From a virus: a stretch of DNA of 46,183 bases. This document shows positions 18,218 to 26,899 of this stretch, piece after piece. Both the position numbers and the translations under genes were made by a program. The notes under the pieces were generated by a model, which had not been told where the DNA came from, did no database searches, and saw only the letters and a program-made list of their open reading frames with translations. The DNA is taken from the IMG/VR virus record IMGVR_UViG_3300031673_000102. The stretch is one strand, 5' to 3'. Position 1 is the stretch's first letter. Each line of letters starts with the position of its first letter.

Positions 18218-18652
18218 TTAAATACTTACAACCGCATAAGCATCAAGTACTGAGTTAATGGCCAGGTTCCATAATACTAAACTTCCAGATACTGGAATTA
18301 CTAAACCTTCAGGAAATGTCCAAATCACCCCAGTTCCGATAGTTGCAGGAAGGGAAATTCTCCTTATTAAATTAGCAGGTACAGTAGGCCCTGTAGCCCA
18401 TGCAAGAGCAGACTGGATAGTTCCAGTAGCCAGCACATCATTCGGATCTTCAGGTTGAAAATCTACAGGGGTCGTAGGAGTATCTCCAACAGCTGCAGGC
18501 CTTCCCAGTCCAATAGTACTAGCTGTTGCAGCAGCCAGGAAGAATCCAATCTCATGAACTTTAACTCTTCCTGGAGTAGCACCAGTTCTAATCTCCCAGC
18601 CAGCTGTAGCATCCGCACCACTTACAGTTCTAACCGCTAGACTTAATTTCAT
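18218..18652 (-). CDS. Hypothetical structural-module protein
   Basis: Preceded by GGGAGGG SD and dyad motif copy 2. Confidence 0.45.
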   Translation of the reverse strand: MKLSLAVRTVSGADATAGWEIRTGATPGRVKVHEIGFFLAAATASTIGLGRPAAVGDTPTTPVDFQPEDPNDVLATGTIQSALAWATGPTVPANLIRRISLPATIGTGVIWTFPEGLVIPVSGSLVLWNLAINSVLDAYAVVSI

Positions 18653-18664
18653 AACTTAACCCTC

Positions 18665-18689
18665 CCTATGTGGATTTAATCCACACAGC
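18665..18689 (-). promoter_or_regulatory. 25-bp dyad motif copy 2 (sense: GCTGTGTGGATTAAATCCACATAGG)
   Basis: The plus strand reads CCTATGTGGATTTAATCCACACAGC. Intergenic, 12 nt upstream of ATG 18652, followed in sense by GAGGG. Confidence 0.7.
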
Positions 18690-18696
18690 AATAATA

Positions 18697-19137
18697 TTAT
18701 ACCTTATCTTCAACCGTTTCCATAACTGCGCTAACAATAATAGGAGTACCATCCGTAGCAGTGATAGTTCCACCTGCATCCTTATAACTTACAATAATAT
18801 CAGTACGTTCATAGATAGTTCCTACGGCCGCATTCATATAGATGATAGCCCCAGAAGTAATAATACTTCCACCTGTAGCATTCCACTGTGCAGGATTCCA
18901 AGTCATCTCCACTCTATCATCTACTATATTCAACGTACGAGTAATGCCTGAAAGTGTGAGACCTCCAGCAGTATAACCATTTCCAGTAGGAAGTTCACTA
19001 ACCAACACATCTGCATAGGTATAGTGAGTATCCTTATTAAATACAAATCCTGGACTCATTAGAATCATTTTAAAAGTAGAGGCTAGATACGGATACCACA
19101 ATTGAGACTTCCATGCATTCGGAACTTGATTAGCCAT
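18697..19137 (-). CDS. Hypothetical structural-module protein
   Basis: In the operon, GGAGGAG upstream. Confidence 0.45.
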   Translation of the reverse strand: MANQVPNAWKSQLWYPYLASTFKMILMSPGFVFNKDTHYTYADVLVSELPTGNGYTAGGLTLSGITRTLNIVDDRVEMTWNPAQWNATGGSIITSGAIIYMNAAVGTIYERTDIIVSYKDAGGTITATDGTPIIVSAVMETVEDKV

Positions 19138-19158
19138 TGGTTAACTCCTCCTGTTTAA

Positions 19159-19743
19159 CTATATATTTAACTCTAAAGAAAACTGCATCCGGAGTTTACT
19201 ACTCATACCCATCTTTATTAACCTCTTATACAACCCTGCCGTTAATATATACTCAATTAAAAATCTATCTCTTTGCTGTCTATAACATAAACCATTATTC
19301 TTTATATATGCTAAGATTATATCTCTGTTACTATCCTGAGTAATTCTCTTATCATCTAATGCCACCCTAGGAGTTTTAGCATAAGGGATATCTATCACAG
19401 AATATGCTGGAATACTTGTATCATACCAGCGTAACTTAGGAATACTATCCTGTACAAATGCTACGGCAGGTTTCAAGTTAGAATCAAATGTAAAACTTAT
19501 CTCTGTTATATTAGGAGCGCTATAAATAATTAGAGGTAAGATGCTAGGGTCATTAGGAACATCTACAGTAATATCATCTCCTATCAACCTGCATCTCCAG
19601 ATTTGATAGAGTCTTCCTTGGCTATTATCTCCTATAGCAATTCCGCCATCTTCATAATCTAGTAGATTATTTACATCAAACTGTTTAGCTTGGATGAAAT
19701 TACCCGCTATTACAGAAGATGATATTACATTATCTGGTAACAT
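19159..19743 (-). CDS. Hypothetical tail-module protein
   Basis: In the operon. Start overlaps the upstream stop. Confidence 0.4.
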   Translation of the reverse strand: MLPDNVISSSVIAGNFIQAKQFDVNNLLDYEDGGIAIGDNSQGRLYQIWRCRLIGDDITVDVPNDPSILPLIIYSAPNITEISFTFDSNLKPAVAFVQDSIPKLRWYDTSIPAYSVIDIPYAKTPRVALDDKRITQDSNRDIILAYIKNNGLCYRQQRDRFLIEYILTAGLYKRLIKMGMSSKLRMQFSLELNI

Positions 19744-20660
19744 TATATAGTTTTCCTTCCCCAGGAATGTCTAACTACCAAGACTAGGATATCGGAAGAG
19801 GTCTTCATAATATTAGGAACAAATCCTATTTGATAGGTTCCGATACCTAAATATAATTGTAATGCCCCTAAACCATCAGCATTATTGCCTATAGTTAGGT
19901 CTGCTGTAATAGTAGCATCAGCGTAAAATGAGTTATTTATATATGTTGCCCATGTAGGATAAATTCCGCCATATGCAGTGCCCGTAGGATAAGATTCTAT
20001 AGCAGCTATTGCAGCAGTAAGACCTCCATAAAAAATAGCCCCAGAGATACTAGCATTCTCAGCCTGCCCCCTAATATTAGACCACCAAAGAGTTGTAGTA
20101 CACCTACAAGCTCTACTAGTCCAATCATGTGTAGTAGTTCTAAGTAATATACTACCAGTTAAATCTACTGTAGGTACATAATATCTACACTGATAAGTTA
20201 CATCAAGAGTTTCAGTGCTTAAAATAGTAAGTGTAGTAGGGGCTCCTGTACCATCAAGAATTAAAGCCCTACTATATAGATTACCTACTGTTGCAGTAAT
20301 ACCTACTCCTACTTCAGAAAGAGTTCCAGTTGCGACTCCAGCAGCAAATCTATAAGTCACAGTCCTTGACGCATAATAGGGAGGAGTAGATTGTATACCC
20401 TGTACAGTACTCTGAACTGCTGTAGTCCCAGCAACTAATGTAACTAACTGGGTATCACTAACTGCTGGGACTGTAGATCCACTCCCTACCTGGCAAGCAT
20501 CTAGCCAGGTGCTTAGAGTCCCCATTTGATTCAAACCCTGATTTGTAATCAAATTAGGGAACCAGTCAGCTAGGACCCTCTTAGTACCATCCTCACTAAT
20601 AGCCTCAAACTTAAACCATCCTTCAACTTCTGTATGTAACTCTAAAATAGGCTTATCCAA
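19743..20660 (-). CDS. Putative tail fibre or receptor-binding-like protein
   Basis: T/G/A-rich beta-type sequence following the repeat protein. Positional call only. Confidence 0.35.
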   Translation of the reverse strand: MDKPILELHTEVEGWFKFEAISEDGTKRVLADWFPNLITNQGLNQMGTLSTWLDACQVGSGSTVPAVSDTQLVTLVAGTTAVQSTVQGIQSTPPYYASRTVTYRFAAGVATGTLSEVGVGITATVGNLYSRALILDGTGAPTTLTILSTETLDVTYQCRYYVPTVDLTGSILLRTTTHDWTSRACRCTTTLWWSNIRGQAENASISGAIFYGGLTAAIAAIESYPTGTAYGGIYPTWATYINNSFYADATITADLTIGNNADGLGALQLYLGIGTYQIGFVPNIMKTSSDILVLVVRHSWGRKTI

Positions 20661-21276
20661 GACTTCCTCCTATAACTGTTGAACCTAAAGATTCTGTAGC
20701 CTCAGGTAACATACTATAACTTACTATTGTAATACCTACTCCTAAATCTCCAGATATTAAACTTGCCCCATAAGCTTCAGTAGCTTCAGGTTGATAATTA
20801 CTGTAAACTTTAAGTATAAATGCTACTCCAAGATTACCAGTAATTATAGAAGCTCCTGAAGATTCTACCCCTTCAGCCGCCCCACTAGTATAAGACACTA
20901 AGAAGAATGTCTGAGTAAGATTTCCTCCAACTAATGGAGCTCCGTATGATTCAACTCCCTCAGGTAATCCACTATTGTATGTTTGATTAGTATACCTCAT
21001 ACTAATCAATGTAGCACCTAAGGATTCAGTAGCCTCAAAAACTTCAATTGGATAAGGTTTACTTGTAACTTCTGTAAAAGGATCAATTAGATCTAAAACA
21101 TTATTCCAGTATCCACAAGGATCATGAGTAGAAGTTATAGGAATTCCACTTTTATCTTTAAGATTCCACACTGGATGATTAACATCTACTATAGCATCAC
21201 CAGTATTATACCTAGTACCTGCTAAAGTCTTATCTATTTTAAAAGGCCCTGGATTTTTATAAGTTTTCCAATCCAT
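20653..21276 (-). CDS. Tail-module protein with about five tandem ~30-aa repeats
   Basis: Recurring unit PEATE(S/A)(L/Y)GA(S/T)LI(S/G)G(D/N)LG...Y, for example EATESLGATLIS, EGVESYGAPLVGGNL, EGVESSGASIITGNLG, EATEAYGASLISGDLG, EATESLGSTVIGGSLG. Confidence 0.5.
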   Translation of the reverse strand: MDWKTYKNPGPFKIDKTLAGTRYNTGDAIVDVNHPVWNLKDKSGIPITSTHDPCGYWNNVLDLIDPFTEVTSKPYPIEVFEATESLGATLISMRYTNQTYNSGLPEGVESYGAPLVGGNLTQTFFLVSYTSGAAEGVESSGASIITGNLGVAFILKVYSNYQPEATEAYGASLISGDLGVGITIVSYSMLPEATESLGSTVIGGSLG

Positions 21277-21289
21277 AATATTTCCAATA

Positions 21290-22027
21290 CTAGCCTTCTA
21301 ATTCAACTGCATCAGTAGTACTTTGGCTTATAAAGTCATATTCTAAATCCCTAAGATCAGTAGCCATAGCTTCATCAAAGGTTCTGAGGTTTCGTGCACT
21401 ATTGTACATTATATCTAATTGCCGCAAAGCAGCAGTGATTAACAAGTTAGGGTGATTAAGAGTCCAATAGTTAGTATCAATATCAGCAACTAATTTAGGA
21501 CTATAAAACAATCCTGAAACTTCAATAGCATAATCAGTTGCAGGAGGTGGGATTATTATTAACCCATTGACAGTTGAGTCAGTAGGTGAAGTTGTATCTA
21601 AATAAGATATAAGAGTTGCAGAATCAGTAAAAGTTCCAGTATCTGGTACACGTCTAAAGTTTGTAGGATAGTAGTATAAAGGCCTATCCTGAGTCATGGT
21701 AGTTAACGGTGTAGAATATACACTATTACTTTGATATATAGATCTAAGTTCATATTCATCTAGAGGTTTGAGCTCAGTTCTACTATCAGAATTGAGAACC
21801 CATACTTCCAGGACTGATCGACAATCAGTAAGAGGGACTTTAAAAGTACCTGCTGTCAAGTCTTTATAATATTTCCCTAATGCTGGCCCGTAGTCAAACT
21901 TACGATCTAGAAATCTCTGTCCTTCATTTATATATACGTCTGCCCCGGCATCTATAAATGCGGTGCCAACTAGATCATATCTTCCAGAAATCTTAGTAAA
22001 CTGAGTTCTTACTTCTAAGAGGTTCAT
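21290..22027 (-). CDS. Hypothetical head-tail joining or tail protein
   Basis: Positional call downstream of the capsid genes. Confidence 0.35.
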   Translation of the reverse strand: MNLLEVRTQFTKISGRYDLVGTAFIDAGADVYINEGQRFLDRKFDYGPALGKYYKDLTAGTFKVPLTDCRSVLEVWVLNSDSRTELKPLDEYELRSIYQSNSVYSTPLTTMTQDRPLYYYPTNFRRVPDTGTFTDSATLISYLDTTSPTDSTVNGLIIIPPPATDYAIEVSGLFYSPKLVADIDTNYWTLNHPNLLITAALRQLDIMYNSARNLRTFDEAMATDLRDLEYDFISQSTTDAVELEG

Positions 22028-22028
22028 T

Positions 22029-22271
22029 TCAGAAGTCCATATTCATATTGATGTTAACAGTTACTACATCTCCACGATCTTCATTATAAGGCATAGGACC
22101 ACAACATCCGCCACCTTTCTCTTCATGATCTCTCTTACGTACTGTGTCTATATATCCAACCCTAGTACCAGTTTCAGTCTCAAATTTCTGAATGGCTTCT
22201 GCTATAGTAGCGTTAAGCTCCCCTCTCTTCTTCTCAAGATCACCAATAGTTAAATTCTTATTAGGTTCCAT
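22029..22271 (-). CDS. Small hypothetical protein, 80 aa
   Basis: ATG 22271 lies 7 nt after dyad motif copy 3. Confidence 0.45.
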   Translation of the reverse strand: MEPNKNLTIGDLEKKRGELNATIAEAIQKFETETGTRVGYIDTVRKRDHEEKGGGCCGPMPYNEDRGDVVTVNINMNMDF

Positions 22272-22278
22272 TGTTATC

Positions 22279-22303
22279 CCTATGATGATTTAATCAACGT
22301 AGC
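22279..22303 (-). promoter_or_regulatory. 25-bp dyad motif copy 3 (sense: GCTACGTTGATTAAATCATCATAGG)
   Basis: The plus strand reads CCTATGATGATTTAATCAACGTAGC. Intergenic between the capsid gene and the 80-aa ORF. Confidence 0.7.
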
Positions 22304-22304
22304 A

Positions 22305-22328
22305 CCGAGGGGACTCTCATCCCCCCGG
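22305..22328 (-). terminator. GC-rich hairpin 16 nt downstream of the capsid-gene stop (attenuator or stabiliser candidate; no U-tract)
   Basis: Sense CCGGGGGGA-ugagag-UCCCCUCGG: nine pairs including one G.U. On the plus strand the same position is an A.C mismatch, so the pairing is best in the minus-strand transcript. Confidence 0.4.
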
Positions 22329-22343
22329 CACTCATGTTAAATA

Positions 22344-23660
22344 TTAGACTGCGTTAGCAGTATTGAAACCATACAGATAACCCCAACCATCAGGGTGATG
22401 GTACTCAAGACCACACTCAGTGAGATACTCTTCCTTGATGCCATCACGAGAAGTCCAACCACCCTTCTGCAGACGATCATCGGCTTTGTACATAGTATCC
22501 TGAATGAAGCGATACTTAATGTCCTTCGGCTCCAAGATCACCATTGCATTCCTGGTGGTGACCTCATGAGAGAAGAGTGGATGGGTCATGATGTTGATAG
22601 TACCGAAAGCAGTTACCCACTTGGTTACTTTGATACCATAGTCCATCGTGGCCGCAGAGTAATCGAAATTACCTCCGGCCTTAATCAGGGAGTTAATACC
22701 AAGAATTGCGCCCGATCCAGCGAATGCCAACTTCTCAGAACTTCCCTTCCTGAAGATAACTTCCAACTGAGTATCCAACCACTCCTCACCGCCCTGCAAC
22801 CAAGTCTGCCCGGAGAAATCAGTATTGGCTGCAAAGTTATTGACCGTGCCGGCATCACCGCCACTTCCAGTATACCCACCCTTGATTGCAGGAATGATAC
22901 CCAGAGTAGTACGTTCAGGCTTACCATTATCACCAGTACGCTCAGAAGGTACACCAAACAAGAAAGCTTTCTCCATCTCAATGGAGTGCAATTCCAGAGC
23001 TTCCCTCTTAGCTCCCTTATAATGCTCACCAGTCCGAAGACGGGTCTGCATAGCAGTACGAGTCATCTCAAGAGGGGTCCTAAAGATTTGAGTGAAGTTG
23101 TACCACTTAGCTGGGCCATAACTAATCGCATCAGGCATAGCAGCGCCCTCAGCATTAGCATTACCGATGATCAAAGCTGCATCACAATTACTGAGATCAC
23201 CAGCAGTAGAGTTATCATCAGCCTCAAGCAGTACTACCTGGATGTAAGAGTTTTCCCCACTAGAAACACGGCCAATAACCTTAGCCACTACATCAACTGT
23301 AAGATCACTTGCATCCCGAAGAAGTGCAATATGACCAGTACGGAAGTGACTAATATCATCAGAACTCATCTTCACATAGAGTTGATCATTAGCAAGAGCC
23401 CCACTTACATAAGCTACAGAAAGGCCAGAGTCAGTGTAGACCCCAGTCACCGTTGCCCGCTGAGTGGCCAGAGATTTAGTCCACCAGTTGAACTCAGGAT
23501 CAGTAGTTTTCTCACTTGTCATTTTACTCAAGATTGCAGTAAGAGGGGCGGAGCCATTGGGATAGCGATAGAGAATCGCCTCCCGCCAATTTTTCGGACG
23601 CTGATCAGTAACCCAATCACCAGTACCACGCATACCAAGAAATGCCATCTCATTCACCAT
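22344..23660 (-). CDS. Major capsid protein (HK97-fold type)
   Basis: 438 aa, located after the scaffold. The N-terminus FLGMRGTGDWVTDQRPKNWREAILYRYPNGSAPLTAILSKM...DPEFNWW is typical of podovirus-like capsid families as I remember them. Confidence 0.75.
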   Translation of the reverse strand: MVNEMAFLGMRGTGDWVTDQRPKNWREAILYRYPNGSAPLTAILSKMTSEKTTDPEFNWWTKSLATQRATVTGVYTDSGLSVAYVSGALANDQLYVKMSSDDISHFRTGHIALLRDASDLTVDVVAKVIGRVSSGENSYIQVVLLEADDNSTAGDLSNCDAALIIGNANAEGAAMPDAISYGPAKWYNFTQIFRTPLEMTRTAMQTRLRTGEHYKGAKREALELHSIEMEKAFLFGVPSERTGDNGKPERTTLGIIPAIKGGYTGSGGDAGTVNNFAANTDFSGQTWLQGGEEWLDTQLEVIFRKGSSEKLAFAGSGAILGINSLIKAGGNFDYSAATMDYGIKVTKWVTAFGTINIMTHPLFSHEVTTRNAMVILEPKDIKYRFIQDTMYKADDRLQKGGWTSRDGIKEEYLTECGLEYHHPDGWGYLYGFNTANAV

Positions 23661-23675
23661 TCATTAAAAGTTAGA

Positions 23676-24671
23676 TTAGACTGCCGCACTAAACGGCGAG
23701 GCAGTATCAGAACCAGCCGGACAAGATACAACACCATTTACTGCCCACACATCAGCTGCTACGTCAACCAATTCGATGAAATCTCCAAGTTGCCCACCAG
23801 TAGAAGTTCCATTAAGAGTGATGGTATCTGCATTAGCAGGAGCAGGGTACATAATCGCAGCAATAGTACCTACAAGATCAGCATCTTGATTGATTACATT
23901 ACCTATGAAGTTAGCATTAGTTGTATCCGCTACAACAATTACATAACTTGAGGTATTAAGGACACTTACGATAAACTTGTATCGTGCCCCACTTCCAGTA
24001 GCTTCAGGAAGAGTGAGAGTAACGAGAGCATTGCCGCCTACTTCCCCAAGCATACATACTCGACCTTCATGAAGAACTTCTGTAATTGCTCCAGTATCTG
24101 TTAGAGTAACTACCCTACCAGTGAGATCACAAGTTCTGACAATCTCAGCAGCAGTGGCCGTATTACCGTCACATACTCCATTTACCTCAGCAGCAGTTGC
24201 CAGATTATTAATCTTAGCAATGGTAGCTACACCTGCATTATTAATAGTAACATCCTGACTAAGAGCTACACTAGTCATAGTAGTTCCATTACCTACTAGG
24301 ATTTTACCATCACCCTTACCATCAAGAGCTGCAGCCACTCCAGCAGTACCAAGAAGAATACTGCCAGTAGCTAGGGTGATTTCACCTGCTGAAATCGCTC
24401 CGATAGCATTAAAGTTACAGGAAGAGTTAGTCCCAATATTCTCATAGAGACCAGTAATACCTGTAGCTACATTACGATCTATGAATATGCACCCTTTTGC
24501 ATATCCAGCAGTTGCATTTGAAGGTACATCAGTACCTGTAGCCATAAGGATCTTTTTATCCTTATCGCGCATAAGAACCAAGATCTGTCCTGAGGTTCCT
24601 GCCAGCGAAGATGCTACTGGAGCTCCCCAAGGATTAAGACCAAATTTAGCTAGCCTACCTAAAAGACTCAT
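23676..24671 (-). CDS. Head-associated structural protein (decoration or accessory candidate)
   Basis: 331 aa, G/T/A/N-rich beta-type sequence immediately upstream of the capsid gene. Confidence 0.4.
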   Translation of the reverse strand: MSLLGRLAKFGLNPWGAPVASSLAGTSGQILVLMRDKDKKILMATGTDVPSNATAGYAKGCIFIDRNVATGITGLYENIGTNSSCNFNAIGAISAGEITLATGSILLGTAGVAAALDGKGDGKILVGNGTTMTSVALSQDVTINNAGVATIAKINNLATAAEVNGVCDGNTATAAEIVRTCDLTGRVVTLTDTGAITEVLHEGRVCMLGEVGGNALVTLTLPEATGSGARYKFIVSVLNTSSYVIVVADTTNANFIGNVINQDADLVGTIAAIMYPAPANADTITLNGTSTGGQLGDFIELVDVAADVWAVNGVVSCPAGSDTASPFSAAV

Positions 24672-24685
24672 TGATTACCTCCTCC

Positions 24686-25462
24686 TTACACGTAAGAGCT
24701 TTCAAATTCACTAAGAACAATAGCGCCGGTCTGCGAAGCATTGGCCTGCAAGAAGAACATAAACGGAATTACTACTTCTCCAGCATCGAAAGAGAAGGTA
24801 GATACTACAGAAGGTTCAGCGCCATCTACTGCAAAGGTTACACTACCATCAACAGCTACATCTACTCTAAGTTCATGGGTTTCAGTATCTGCCCAATTCT
24901 CAGTAGTGGCAGTAGTAGTAGTAGTAGCAGCATTAAGAATAGTTTCAATCTTAATATCACCACTGATTACGTTGAGAACTGCCATTTCATCATAATCATC
25001 CAGATTGGTCTGGTATGCTTCAGCTTTACGAAAACCAAATGCACAGTCGTCAGTACCGGCTACTACTGCAATACTGAATTTAAGGCGAGCGAAAAAGGCC
25101 CGACCTACAGTATAAGAGCGAATAGCCCGAGCAGTAATACCCGCAGCAAAGTTAATTTCTCTACCATCATTATCTGCCTGGTCACCAGATACACTACAGC
25201 CAGTAGCAGCTAGAGATCCTAGACCGATAATAGTCTGAGTACCTTTAGCTACATACTCAAATACATTAGTACCAAACTGTGCAGTATTTGCAGTATCGGC
25301 AGTACCACTGGGATTAGCAGTAGTTGCATTTACTACCTGACAGACGGGCTGAACTTTAAATTCCTCGAAGCAATACCTAGCTTCATTACCCTGCTTGATA
25401 GCACCAGGAACTTTAAGATCCCCTTTCATCAAATTATCAATAAATCCACCTTCGCCAACCAT
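24686..25462 (-). CDS. Head-associated structural protein (decoration candidate)
   Basis: 258 aa between the scaffold and capsid genes, with GGAGAC upstream. The antisense plus-strand ORFs are low complexity. Confidence 0.4.
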   Translation of the reverse strand: MVGEGGFIDNLMKGDLKVPGAIKQGNEARYCFEEFKVQPVCQVVNATTANPSGTADTANTAQFGTNVFEYVAKGTQTIIGLGSLAATGCSVSGDQADNDGREINFAAGITARAIRSYTVGRAFFARLKFSIAVVAGTDDCAFGFRKAEAYQTNLDDYDEMAVLNVISGDIKIETILNAATTTTTATTENWADTETHELRVDVAVDGSVTFAVDGAEPSVVSTFSFDAGEVVIPFMFFLQANASQTGAIVLSEFESSYV

Positions 25463-25475
25463 AACTGTCTCCTTA

Positions 25476-26396
25476 TTAATCAGTAATTAAATCGTTGATC
25501 TCATCTTGAAATCCATTAGAAGGGGCCTTAGGAGTTTTAGAACTCTGAGTCCCTCCAGGAAGAGAAGGCTTATGTTTAGTAGTATCAGTCTTCTCTGTAC
25601 TTACATCCTCTACAACAGCCTGTAAATTAAGAGTTTCCTTAGTACGTTTAGCTGCTTCAATAAGTACCTGACTAATATTCCACTCGGGTTGTTCAGCAGA
25701 TACTGTATTAGCTACATGCGCCACATACTGTTTTACTTTCTTAAGTTCAGGATATGTAGTATAAAACTCAGTTGCTACATCCCTAATGCTAGTTTGGCGT
25801 TGAACAAAATCTCCAACAACATTAGGAAGATTAACCAAGGTTTCTTGTTTTGCATGTTCTTTAACTACAGCCATAGCATCTTTGAAGAACTTTACGAAGT
25901 TTTCTTTAGACTCCATAACTGAGTCGAAATCCATATCCTTGAAAAGATCATCAAGTTCTGAAATTTTTACTTCTACTGCTGGAGTCTCAGTTGTAGTAGG
26001 AACAACCTTAGCAGTTCCAGACATCGTATCCACCAAAGTGGTTAAGGTCTCAATCTGCTTCTTAAGTGCTTCTACCTCACTAAGTTCAGGAGTAGTAGTG
26101 GTTGGAGCAGGAGGAGTTGCACCTTCTGTCGCAGTAGTTGCTGGAGTTTCAGTCACAGTAGTACTCTCCACAGGCTCTTTACCCGAAGGCGTTACATCTG
26201 TAGCGAGTGCTGCATCTGAGGGTTTATCAGCAGATTCTATAGTATAAGGTGTCGCATCAGCAGCTGCACCATCACTAAACAATTCTGCAATTACTTCTAC
26301 ATTTCCCATACCTGTGGAATCCGTATTGTCAGTGGCCGGTGCTTCCACAATAGGATTACCATTCTCATCAAGGTTCATCTTCAATTTCCTCTTCAT
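25476..26396 (-). CDS. Scaffolding protein (putative)
   Basis: Acidic, T/A/P/E-rich, helical C-terminal half. Located between the portal and capsid genes. Confidence 0.5.
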   Translation of the reverse strand: MKRKLKMNLDENGNPIVEAPATDNTDSTGMGNVEVIAELFSDGAAADATPYTIESADKPSDAALATDVTPSGKEPVESTTVTETPATTATEGATPPAPTTTTPELSEVEALKKQIETLTTLVDTMSGTAKVVPTTTETPAVEVKISELDDLFKDMDFDSVMESKENFVKFFKDAMAVVKEHAKQETLVNLPNVVGDFVQRQTSIRDVATEFYTTYPELKKVKQYVAHVANTVSAEQPEWNISQVLIEAAKRTKETLNLQAVVEDVSTEKTDTTKHKPSLPGGTQSSKTPKAPSNGFQDEINDLITD

Positions 26397-26670
26397 TTGG
26401 AGTAGTGTTATCAGTCATAGCATTTTGCATCAAGTCTTGGAATATATCCCCTACAAGTCTTAAAGCTGCTATGGCCCCACGTGTTTCAAGATACTTCTTA
26501 CTATCACAAACTTCATTATAATCTCTAAGTTGCTCGATACGAAGAGTTAACTCATTGATGAAGTCTATATGGATAGTACTTTCGATAAAACTTCCAATAG
26601 ATCCAGGTGAAGAGATAGGTGTATAGTCTCTTACTGGATTCAATGGTAGATTTTTAAGTTCACGTTCCAT
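26368..26670 (-). CDS. Hypothetical protein, 100 aa
   Basis: AAGGAG SD upstream. First gene after the long 229-nt spacer. Confidence 0.5.
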   Translation of the reverse strand: MERELKNLPLNPVRDYTPISSPGSIGSFIESTIHIDFINELTLRIEQLRDYNEVCDSKKYLETRGAIAALRLVGDIFQDLMQNAMTDNTTPNEEEIEDEP

Positions 26671-26899
26671 AAGACTCCTTAAACTTTTCTATGCTCGCAT
26701 GGTGCGTTCCGCGCCAATGCTCGCTAAAAAAACCTACATCAAACACGTATAAAGATGAGAATACCAAATGTGCATCTAACATGCCCGTCGCAGGTACACA
26801 ATGAGAATACCATGGGCTTGCCAGGCCACTGTCCTACATCAGCAGTAGTATAATACAACAGCAACAGCACCTTGAAAAAGAATAAGCATGATTTGAGAT
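26671..26899 (-). other. Unusually long 229-nt spacer inside the late operon, with direct repeats
   Basis: Plus-strand ATGAGAATACCA at 26755-26766 and 26801-26812. CCTACATCA at 26733-26741 and 26833-26841. ATGCTCGC at 26691-26698 and 26717-26724, flanking a hairpin. Confidence 0.5.

Noticed and set aside
16936-22027. A diversity-generating retroelement acting on the tail-fibre genes
   Set aside because: There is no reverse transcriptase ORF in this closed genome, and I saw no template/variable repeat pair.
22395-23951. 518-aa plus-strand ORF, the second-longest ORF in this part of the genome
   Set aside because: It is antisense to the major capsid gene and the adjacent head protein gene. 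It has no SD and a Ser/Thr/Arg/Ile-rich, junk-like composition, and it runs against the direction of the whole operon. The minus-strand products have capsid-like sequence.
24671-25213. 180-aa plus-strand ORF, with nested 24741-24995
   Set aside because: Antisense to the 258-aa head protein gene. The translation contains SSSSSSS and VVVVV runs produced by the complementary strand of Thr/Ala codon repeats.
25882-26247. 121-aa plus-strand ORF, with 25689-25922
   Set aside because: Antisense to the scaffold gene. Its Ser/Val-rich low complexity mirrors the Thr/Ala/Glu-rich scaffold sequence.
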